DNA of 5,861 bases from a virus (taxonomy: Duplodnaviria; Heunggongvirae; Uroviricota; Caudoviricetes). Under the pieces are notes generated by a model. That model had not been told where the DNA came from, ran no database searches, and saw only the letters and a program-made list of their open reading frames with translations. The DNA lies in IMG/VR virus record IMGVR_UViG_2534681663_000011, one strand, 5' to 3'. Shown piece by piece: positions 1 through 5,861 of the stretch (the stretch's first letter is position 1; each line of letters opens with the position of its first letter). The position numbers and the translations under genes were made by a program.

Positions 1-279
1 AATCTGGAGGCCACAGGGCTGTATCAGGTGCCGTTGTCAGCGGCGCAGCCGGGCGATGTGCTGCTGTGCTGTTTTGGTTCATCGGTGCCGAATCATGCCG
101 CCATTTACTGTGGTGACAGCGAGCTGCTGCACCATATTCCTGAACAACTGAGCAAACGAGAGAGGTACACCGACAAATGGCAGCGACGCACACACTCCCT
201 CTGGCGTCACCGGGCATGGCACGCATCTGCCTTTACGGGGATTTACAACGATTTGGCCGCCGCATCGACCTTCGAGTGA
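1..279 (+). CDS. K: Tail tip assembly protein K, C-terminal part (5' end lies outside the window)
   Basis: Frame 1 is open from position 1 to the TGA at 277-279. Translation (...PLSAAQPGDVLLCCFGSSVPNHAAIYCGDSELLHHIPEQLSKRERYTDKWQRRTHSLWRHRAWHASAFTGIYNDLAAASTFE) closely matches the C-terminus of lambda gpK as I recall it, with conserved Cys/His residues consistent with an NlpC/P60-type domain. Its 3' end overlaps the start of I out of frame, as in lambda. Confidence 0.85.
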   Translation, partial: NLEATGLYQVPLSAAQPGDVLLCCFGSSVPNHAAIYCGDSELLHHIPEQLSKRERYTDKWQRRTHSLWRHRAWHASAFTGIYNDLAAASTFE

Positions 280-818
280 AAACGGGGTCCGAAGCCATCC
301 GGGCGCTGGCCATGCAGATCCCGGCATTTCGTCAGAAACTGAGCGACGGCTGGTACCAGGTACGCATTGCCGGGCGTGATGCAGGTGAAACCGAATTGTC
401 TGCCCGTCTTAATGAGCCGCTGGAAAATGGTGCCGTGATCCATATCGTGCCGCGTCTGGCAGGAGCCAAAAGTGGCGGTGTGTTTCAGGCTGTGCTGGGG
501 GCGGCTGTTATGGCGGTTGCTATATGGATGCCGGGGGTAGGAATTATGGCGAGTAATCTGCTGTTTTCTCTCGGTGCCAGTATGACGCTTGGCGGTGTTG
601 CACAGATGCTGGCCCCTAAACCCAAAACCCCCCGCACACAGACAACGGATAACGGCAAACAGAATACCTATTTTTCTTCACTGGATAACATGGTTGCCCA
701 GGGCAATGTTCTGCCGGTTCTGTACGGTGAAATGCGCGTGGGGTCACGCGTGGTTTCTCAGGAGATCAGCACGGCAGACGAAGGGGATGGTGGTCAGGTT
801 GTGGTGATTGGTCGCTGA
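177..818 (+). CDS. I: Tail assembly protein I
   Basis: 213-aa ORF. The N-terminus (MAATHTLPLASPGMARICLYGDLQRFGRRIDLRVKTG...) and C-terminus (...KQNTYFSSLDNMVAQGNVLPVLYGEMRVGSRVVSQEISTADEGDGGQVVVIGR) match lambda gpI as I recall it; the central Gly/Ala-rich hydrophobic stretch differs. The start lies 103 nt inside K in another frame, and the gap to J is 60 nt, the same geometry as lambda. Confidence 0.9.
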   Translation: MAATHTLPLASPGMARICLYGDLQRFGRRIDLRVKTGSEAIRALAMQIPAFRQKLSDGWYQVRIAGRDAGETELSARLNEPLENGAVIHIVPRLAGAKSGGVFQAVLGAAVMAVAIWMPGVGIMASNLLFSLGASMTLGGVAQMLAPKPKTPRTQTTDNGKQNTYFSSLDNMVAQGNVLPVLYGEMRVGSRVVSQEISTADEGDGGQVVVIGR

Positions 819-836
819 TGCAAAATGTTTTATGTG

Positions 837-860
837 AAACCGCCTCCGGGCGGTTTTATC
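837..860 (+). promoter_or_regulatory. GC-rich hairpin in the I-J intergenic spacer
   Basis: Stem AAACCGCC (837-844), loop TCCG, stem GGCGGTTT (849-856), followed by TTTTAT. It sits between the I stop (816-818) and the J ribosome-binding site GGAG (867-870). Function is unknown; it could be an attenuator, an mRNA stability element or a modulator of J translation. Confidence 0.35.
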
Positions 861-878
861 GTTTATGGAGCATGACGA

Positions 879-1766
879 ATGGGTAAAGGCAGCAGTAAGG
901 GGCATACCCCGCGCGAAGCGAAGGACAACCTGAAGTCCACGCAGCTGCTGAGTGTGATCGATGCCATCAGCGAAGGGCCGGTTGAAGGTCCGGTGGATGG
1001 ATTAAAAAGCGTGCTGCTGAACAGTACGCCGGTGCTGGACAGTGAGGGGAATACCAACATCTCCGGTGTCACGGTGGTGTTCCGGGCCGGTGAGCAGGAG
1101 CAGACACCGCCGGAGGGATTTGAATCCTCCGGCTCCGAGACGGTGCTGGGTACGGAAGTGAAATACGACACGCCGATCACCCGGACCATCACGTCGGCAA
1201 ACATCGACCGTCTGCGCTTTACCTTCGGTGTGCAGGCACTGGTGGAAACCACCTCAAAGGGGGACCGGAATCCGTCGGAAGTCCGCCTGCTGGTTCAGAT
1301 ACAGCGTAATGGTGGCTGGGTGACGGAAAAAGACATCACCATTAAAGGCAAAACCACCTCGCAGTATCTGGCATCGGTGGTGGTGGGTAACCTGCCGCCG
1401 CGCCCGTTCAATATCCGGATGCGCAGGATGACGCCGGACAGCACCACAGACCAGCTGCAGAACAAAACGCTCTGGTCGTCATACACCGAAATCATCGATG
1501 TGAAACAGTGCTACCCGAACACGGCACTGGTCGGCGTACAGGTGGATTCGGAGCAGTTCGGCAGCCAGCAGGTGAGCCGTAATTATCATCTGCGCGGGCG
1601 TATTCTGCAGGTGCCGTCGAACTATAACCCGCAGACTCGGCAATACAGCGGTATCTGGGACGGAACGTTTAAGCCAGCATACAGCAACAACATGGCCTGG
1701 TGTCTGTGGGATATGCTGACCCATCCGCGCTACGGCATGGGGAAACGTCTTGGTGCGCGGATGTGA
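879..1766 (+). CDS. J: J N-terminal fragment (295 aa), ended by a premature TGA
   Basis: The ORF translation matches the lambda gpJ N-terminus over its whole length up to ...WCLWDMLTHPRYGMGKRLGA. The same frame reads J-like sequence (KWALYVIGQYCDQSVPDGFGGTEPRITC) immediately after the stop, which indicates a local frame-neutral indel created the stop. Confidence 0.8.
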   Translation: MGKGSSKGHTPREAKDNLKSTQLLSVIDAISEGPVEGPVDGLKSVLLNSTPVLDSEGNTNISGVTVVFRAGEQEQTPPEGFESSGSETVLGTEVKYDTPITRTITSANIDRLRFTFGVQALVETTSKGDRNPSEVRLLVQIQRNGGWVTEKDITIKGKTTSQYLASVVVGNLPPRPFNIRMRRMTPDSTTDQLQNKTLWSSYTEIIDVKQCYPNTALVGVQVDSEQFGSQQVSRNYHLRGRILQVPSNYNPQTRQYSGIWDGTFKPAYSNNMAWCLWDMLTHPRYGMGKRLGARM

Positions 1767-2065
1767 AAATGGGCGCTGTATGTCATCGGCCAGTACTGCG
1801 ACCAGTCGGTGCCGGACGGCTTTGGCGGCACGGAGCCGCGCATCACCTGTAAGCTACCTGACCACACACGAAGGCGTGGGATGTGCTCAGTGATTTCTGC
1901 TCGGCGATGCGCTGTATGCCGGTATGGAACGGGCAGACGCTGAGTTCGTGCAGGACCGACCATCGATAAGGTGTGGACCTATAACCGCAGTAATGTGGTG
2001 ATGCCGGATGATGGGCCCTTCCGCTACAGCTTCAGCGCCCTGAAGACCGCCATAATGCCGTTGAG

Positions 2066-2425
2066 GTGAACTGGATTGACCCGGACAACGGCTGGGAGAC
2101 GGCGACAGAGCTTGTTGAAGATACGCAGGCCATTGCCCGTTACGGTCGTAACGTCACGAAGATGGATGCCTTTGGCTGTACCAGCCGGGGGCAGGCGCAC
2201 CGCGCCGGGCTGTGGCTGATTAAAACGGAACTGCTGGAAACGCAGACCGTGGACTTCAGCGTGGGTGCCGAAGGGCTTCGCCATGTACCGGGCGATGTCA
2301 TTGAAATCTGCGATGATGACTATGCCGGTATCAGCACCGGTGGTCGCGTGCTGGCGGTGAACAGCCAGACCCGGACGCTGACGCTCGACCGTGAAATCAC
2401 GCTGCCATCTCCGGCACCACGCTGA
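2066..2425 (+). CDS. J: J internal fragment, in a different frame from the N-terminal fragment
   Basis: The ORF uses a GTG start as listed in the track. Its translation matches the middle of gpJ (about residues 385-500 of lambda J). The J-like reading in this frame begins about 24 nt upstream at roughly 2042 (EDRHNAVEV). It ends at the TGA at 2423-2425 after ...ITLPSPAPR, where J similarity continues in another frame. Confidence 0.7.
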   Translation: MNWIDPDNGWETATELVEDTQAIARYGRNVTKMDAFGCTSRGQAHRAGLWLIKTELLETQTVDFSVGAEGLRHVPGDVIEICDDDYAGISTGGRVLAVNSQTRTLTLDREITLPSPAPR

Positions 2426-2712
2426 TAAGCCTGGTTGACGGAGGGATCCGGTCAGCGTGGAGGTTCAGTCCGTCACCGACGGCGTGAAGGTGAAAGTGAG
2501 CCGGTTCCTGACGGCGTTGCGAATACAGCGTTGGGGGCTGAAGCTGCCGACGTGCGCCAGCGCCTGTTCCGCTGGTGAGTATCCGTGAGAACGACGACGG
2601 CACGTATGCCATCACGCCGTGCAGCATGTACCGGAAAAAGAGCCATCGTGGATAACGGGGCGCACTTTGACGGCGACCAGAGCGGCACGGTAATGGTGTC
2701 ACGCCGCCAGCG

Positions 2713-4344
2713 GTGCAGCACCTGACCGCGAAGTCACCGCAGACAGCGGGGAATACAGGTGCTGGCCGCTGGGACACGCCGAAGGTGGTGAAGGGCGTGA
2801 GCTTCCTGCTTCGCCTGACCGTGGCAGCGGATGACGGCAGTGAGCGGCTGGTCAGCACGGCCCGGACGACGGAAACCACATACCGCTTCACGCAACTGGC
2901 GCGGGAACTACAGGCTGACAGTCCGGGCGGTAAATGCGTGGGGCAGCAGGGCGATCCGGCATCGGTATCGTTCCGGATTGCCGCACCGGCAGCGCCGTCG
3001 CGGATTGAGCTGACGCCGGGCTATTTTCAGATAACCGCCACGCCGCATCTTGCGGTTTATGATCCGACGGTACAATTTGAGTTCTGGTTCTCGGAAACGC
3101 GGATTACCGATATCAGGCAGGTTGAAACCACAGCCCGCTATCTTGGCACGGGGCTGTACTGGATAGCCGCCAGTATCAATATCAGGCCGGGCCATGATTA
3201 TTACTTTTATATCCGCAGTGTGAACACCGTTGGCAAATCGGCATTCGTGGAGGCTGTCGGTCAGCCGAGTGATGATGCATCAGGCTATCTGGATTTTTTC
3301 AAAGGCGAGATAGGGAAAACCCATCTGGCTCAGGAGCTGTGGACGCAGATTGATAACGGTCAGCTTGCGCCTGACCTGACTGAAATCAGGACGTCCATAA
3401 CGGATGTCAGCAATGAAATAACACAGACCGTCAATAAGAAACTGGAAGACCAGAGTGCAGCGATCCAGCAGATACAGAAGGTTCAGGTTGATACAAATAA
3501 TAACCTGAACAGCATGTGGGCAGTGAAGCTGCAGCAGATGCAGGACGGACGCCTTTATATTGCGGGTATCGGTGCCGGTATTGAGAACACCCCTGACGGC
3601 ATGCAGAGTCAGGTGCTGCTGGCAGCAGACAGGATTGCGATGATTAATCCTGCGAATGGCAACACAAAGCCGATGTTTGTTGGTCAGGGCGATCAGATAT
3701 TCATGAATGAAGTGTTCCTGAAACGCTTGACGGCCCCCACCATTACCAGCGGCGGTAATCCTCCGGCATTTTCCCTGACATCAGACGGGAGACTGACGGC
3801 GAAAAATGCGGATATCAGTGGCAGTGTGAATGCGAACTCAGGAACGCTCAACAATGTCACGATTAACCAGAACTGTACGATTAAGGGCATGCTGGAGGCG
3901 ACCCAGGTCAGAGGAGATTTCGTTAAAGCTGTATCAAAAGCCTTCCCGAAAAAAGTCGGTACGTGGGGTAACACGGAAACACCAAACGGTACGGTTACAG
4001 TCACCATCAGCGATGATCATAACTTTGACCGCCAGATTATTATTCCGCCCATTATTTTTAACGGTATAGCGTATGACGATCCGGGGAGCGGAAATAACCC
4101 AGGAGGCACGCGATACACGGGTTATGGTTTTGAAGTTCGCAAAAACGGCGTATTAATCGCATCCAGAGAAACTAAAGGGGCCATTCCCGGTAGTTACAGT
4201 GCAGTTATTGATATGCCGAGTGGCAGGGGAAGCGTCACTCTGGAGTTTAAGATTTTCCAGAAAGGCAATCAGGGGGCAGGCAATATCACCGACTGTACGG
4301 TGATTGTGACCAAAAAAGCCGCTTCCGGCATCAGTATTCGTTGA
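2713..4344 (+). CDS. J: J C-terminal fragment (543 aa) including the distal, presumed receptor-binding region
   Basis: Long ORF in frame 1 ending at the TGA at 4342-4344. It contains conserved gpJ blocks ([126 protein letters not shown]). The first 12 or so codons are out of the true J frame. A compensating frameshift pair lies near 2900-2945. Confidence 0.8.
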   Translation: MQHLTAKSPQTAGNTGAGRWDTPKVVKGVSFLLRLTVAADDGSERLVSTARTTETTYRFTQLARELQADSPGGKCVGQQGDPASVSFRIAAPAAPSRIELTPGYFQITATPHLAVYDPTVQFEFWFSETRITDIRQVETTARYLGTGLYWIAASINIRPGHDYYFYIRSVNTVGKSAFVEAVGQPSDDASGYLDFFKGEIGKTHLAQELWTQIDNGQLAPDLTEIRTSITDVSNEITQTVNKKLEDQSAAIQQIQKVQVDTNNNLNSMWAVKLQQMQDGRLYIAGIGAGIENTPDGMQSQVLLAADRIAMINPANGNTKPMFVGQGDQIFMNEVFLKRLTAPTITSGGNPPAFSLTSDGRLTAKNADISGSVNANSGTLNNVTINQNCTIKGMLEATQVRGDFVKAVSKAFPKKVGTWGNTETPNGTVTVTISDDHNFDRQIIIPPIIFNGIAYDDPGSGNNPGGTRYTGYGFEVRKNGVLIASRETKGAIPGSYSAVIDMPSGRGSVTLEFKIFQKGNQGAGNITDCTVIVTKKAASGISIR

Positions 4345-4363
4345 AATATTTATAACCCCAATA

Positions 4364-4392
4364 AAGGGCGTCAGGAATGACGCCTTTTTTAT
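4364..4392 (+). terminator. Rho-independent terminator between J and lom
   Basis: Stem GGCGTCA (4367-4373), loop GGAA, stem TGACGCC (4378-4384), followed by TTTTTT (4385-4390). An AAA tract precedes the stem and can extend the pairing. It lies 20 nt after the J stop. Confidence 0.7.
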
Positions 4393-4414
4393 TGCAGAAA
4401 AGCGAGAGGTAATT

Positions 4415-5014
4415 ATGCGTAAAGTTTGTGTAGCAATTTTGTCCGCAGCCATTTGTCTGGCCGTATCCGGTGCGCCTGCATGGGCGTCTGAACATCAGTC
4501 CACGCTGAGCGCGGGGTATCTTCATGCCTCGACGAACGTCCCCGGCAGCGATGATCTGAACGGGATTAACGTGAAATACCGTTATGAGTTTACGGACACA
4601 CTGGGGCTGGTGACGTCATTCAGCTATGCAGGAGACAAGAATCGCCAGCTGACCCGTTACAGCGATACCCGCTGGCATGAAGATTCCGTTCGTAACCGCT
4701 GGTTCAGCGTAATGGCGGGGCCGTCTGTGCGCGTGAATGAATGGTTCAGCGCGTATGCGATGGCGGGTGTAGCTTACAGCCGTGTGTCGACTTTCTCCGG
4801 GAATTATCTTCGCGTAACTGACAACAAGGGGAAAAAGCACGATGTGCTGACCGGAAGTGATGACGGTCGCCACAGCAACACGTCTCTGGCGTGGGGGGCT
4901 GGCGTGCAGTTTAACCCGACCGAATCCGTGGCCATTGATATTGCTTATGAAGGTTCCGGCAGTGGTGACTGGCGCACTGACGGTTTCATCGTGGGTGTCG
5001 GTTATAAATTCTGA
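4415..5014 (+). CDS. lom: Lom-like outer membrane protein (Ail/Lom/PagC family beta-barrel)
   Basis: 199-aa ORF with a GAGAGG ribosome-binding site 6-11 nt upstream. The N-terminus is a signal peptide (MRKVCVAILSAAICLAVSGAPAWA). The C-terminus (AYEGSGSGDWRTDGFIVGVGYKF) and internal blocks (GINVKYRYE, SVMAGP, SAYAMAGVA) match lambda Lom as I recall it, and the terminal Phe is typical of outer-membrane beta-barrels. Its position between J and stf is as in lambda. Confidence 0.88.
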   Translation: MRKVCVAILSAAICLAVSGAPAWASEHQSTLSAGYLHASTNVPGSDDLNGINVKYRYEFTDTLGLVTSFSYAGDKNRQLTRYSDTRWHEDSVRNRWFSVMAGPSVRVNEWFSAYAMAGVAYSRVSTFSGNYLRVTDNKGKKHDVLTGSDDGRHSNTSLAWGAGVQFNPTESVAIDIAYEGSGSGDWRTDGFIVGVGYKF

Positions 5015-5040
5015 TTAGCCAGGTAACACAGTGTTATGAC

Positions 5041-5068
5041 AGCCCGCCGGTTCAGGCGGGCTTTTTTG
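5041..5068 (+). terminator. Rho-independent terminator downstream of lom
   Basis: Stem AGCCCGCC (5041-5048), loop GGTTCA, stem GGCGGGCT (5055-5062), running into TTTTTTG (5062-5068). It lies 27 nt after the lom stop and ends 10 nt before the stf start codon. Confidence 0.7.
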
Positions 5069-5078
5069 TGGGGTGAAT

Positions 5079-5861
5079 ATGGCAGTAAAGATTTCAGGTG
5101 TACTGAAAGACGGCACAGGAAAACCGGTACAGAACTGCACAATCCAGCTGAAAGCAAAACGTAACAGCACCACGGTGGTGGTGAACACGCTGGCCTCAGA
5201 AAATCCGGATGAAGCCGGGCGTTACAGCATGGACGTTGAGTACGGTCAGTACAGCGTTATTCTGTTGGTGGAAGGATTCCCGCCGTCACATGCCGGGACC
5301 ATCACCGTGTATGAAGATTCCCGACCCGGTACGCTGAATGATTTTCTCGGTGCCATGACGGAGGATGATGCCCGTCCGGAGGCACTGCGCCGTTTTGAAC
5401 TGATGGTGGAAGAGGTGGCGCGTAACGCGTCCGCGGTGGCACAGAACACGGCAGCCGCGAAGAAGTCAGCCAGCGATGCCGGCACATCAGCCCGTGAGGC
5501 GGCAACCCATGCGACTGATGCTGCAGGCTCAGCACGCGCAGCCAGCACGTCAGCCGGACAGGCCGCTTCGTCGGCTCAGTCAGCGTCTTCCAGCGCAGGA
5601 ACGGCATCAACAAAGGCCACTGAAGCGGAGAAAAGTGCTGCCGCTGCAGAGTCCTCAAAAAGCGCGGCAGCTACCAGTGCCGGTGCGGCGAAAACGTCAG
5701 AAACGAATGCGGCAGCGTCACAACAATCAGCAGCCACTTCTGCATCCGCCGCGACCACGAAGGCGTCAGAAGCAGCCACCTCAGCCCGGGATGCGGCGGC
5801 CTCAAAAGAGGCAGCGAAATCATCAGAAACGAACGCATCATCAAGCGCCAGTAGTGCCGCT
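5079..5861 (+). CDS. stf: Side tail fiber protein, N-terminal part (3' end lies outside the window)
   Basis: The ATG at 5079 opens a frame that runs without a stop to the window end (261 codons). It was not in the ORF track because it has no stop inside the window. The translation (MAVKISGVLKDGTGKPVQNCTIQLKAKRNSTTVVVNTLASENPDEAGRYSMDVEYGQYSVI...TITVYEDS...MVEEVARNA...) matches the lambda Stf N-terminus as I recall it, followed by the characteristic Ala/Ser/Thr-rich repeat region. Confidence 0.85.
   Translation, partial: MAVKISGVLKDGTGKPVQNCTIQLKAKRNSTTVVVNTLASENPDEAGRYSMDVEYGQYSVILLVEGFPPSHAGTITVYEDSRPGTLNDFLGAMTEDDARPEALRRFELMVEEVARNASAVAQNTAAAKKSASDAGTSAREAATHATDAAGSARAASTSAGQAASSAQSASSSAGTASTKATEAEKSAAAAESSKSAAATSAGAAKTSETNAAASQQSAATSASAATTKASEAATSARDAAASKEAAKSSETNASSSASSAA

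Larger units (their letters stand above)
879..4344 (+). pseudogene. J: Host specificity / tail tip protein J, disrupted by multiple frameshifts (or sequence errors)
   Basis: J-like protein sequence appears in three frames in succession: 879..1766 (MGKGSSKGHTPREAKDNLKSTQLL...), 2066..2425 (NWIDPDNGWETATELVEDTQAIARYGRNVTKMDAFGCTSRGQAHRAGLWLIKTELLETQTVDFSVGAEGLRHVPGDVIEICDDDYAGISTGGRVLAVNSQTRTLTLDREITLP) and 2713..4344 (...[19 protein letters not shown]...[20 protein letters not shown]...ASGISIR). The span is 3466 nt, which is not a multiple of 3, so there is no single ORF. A GGAG ribosome-binding site sits 8 nt upstream of the ATG at 879. Confidence 0.8.

Noticed and set aside
79-443. Minus-strand ORFs 79..327 and 243..443
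   Set aside because: They lie antisense to the well-supported K and I coding sequences, have no recognisable protein features, and are Arg/Pro/Gly-rich as expected from GC-rich antisense reading.
589-807. Plus-strand ORF 589..807 (72 aa) inside I in another frame
   Set aside because: It is entirely embedded in the conserved I gene. Its composition is Arg/Trp/Cys-rich and there is no ribosome-binding site, so it is an alternative-frame artefact.
863-1963. Minus-strand ORFs 863..1252, 1295..1495, 1479..1724 and 1730..1963
   Set aside because: All are antisense to J-homologous sequence and have low-complexity composition; they are spurious.
2024-2891. Minus-strand ORFs 2024..2284, 2397..2891 and 2473..2721
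   Set aside because: They are antisense to J-homologous DNA. The apparent gaps in + strand coding here come from frameshifts, not from a real gene on the opposite strand.
2831-3013. Plus-strand ORF 2831..3013 (60 aa)
   Set aside because: It is not an independent gene. It contains the J peptide [14 protein letters not shown] in the frame that J occupies between two compensating indels, so it is a by-product of the frameshift pair.
2908-4069. ORFs 2908..3195 (-), 3693..4007 (-) and 3830..4069 (+) inside the J C-terminal fragment
   Set aside because: They are embedded in or antisense to a long, well-supported J ORF and have no supporting signals.
4342-4356. Possible sigma-70 promoter for lom (TTGAAA ... 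TATAAC)
   Set aside because: The two hexamers are only 3 nt apart, far from the roughly 17-nt spacing required, and they lie upstream of the terminator rather than between it and lom.
4153-4525. Minus-strand ORFs 4153..4452 and 4331..4525 spanning the J-lom junction
   Set aside because: They run antisense across the J 3' end, the intergenic terminator and the lom signal peptide, which is incompatible with those well-supported features.
4616-4873. Minus-strand ORF 4616..4873 inside lom
   Set aside because: It is antisense to the conserved Lom beta-barrel coding sequence; spurious.
5246-5779. Three minus-strand ORFs in the stf repeat region
   Set aside because: They are products of a GC-rich, Ala/Ser-codon-rich repeat read in antisense, giving Ala/Ser/Arg-rich low-complexity peptides; stf on the + strand accounts for the region.
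1-5861. A novel defence or accessory system, CRISPR array, tRNA or integration site
   Set aside because: Every substantial coding segment is accounted for by the lambda tail genes K, I, J, lom and stf in canonical order. There are no direct repeat-spacer arrays, no tRNA-like structures and no unexplained ORFs with plausible expression signals.

Overview
This window is the distal tail module of a lambda-like (lambdoid) prophage, all on the + strand, in the same order and spacing as phage lambda: 3' end of K, then I, J, lom, and the 5' part of stf. K, I, lom and the visible part of stf are intact. J is broken into at least three reading-frame segments by a cluster of small indels between about 1760 and 2950, so it is either a pseudogene in a defective prophage or a stretch of poor-quality sequence. 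Both lom and the J/lom junction are flanked by clear rho-independent terminator hairpins. I see no CRISPR array, tRNA or rRNA, integrase or att site, and nothing that looks like a novel defence or other undescribed system; the notable points are the state of J, the divergent distal part of J, and lom as a terminator-flanked cargo gene. All homology statements rest on my recollection of the lambda proteins, not on a database search.
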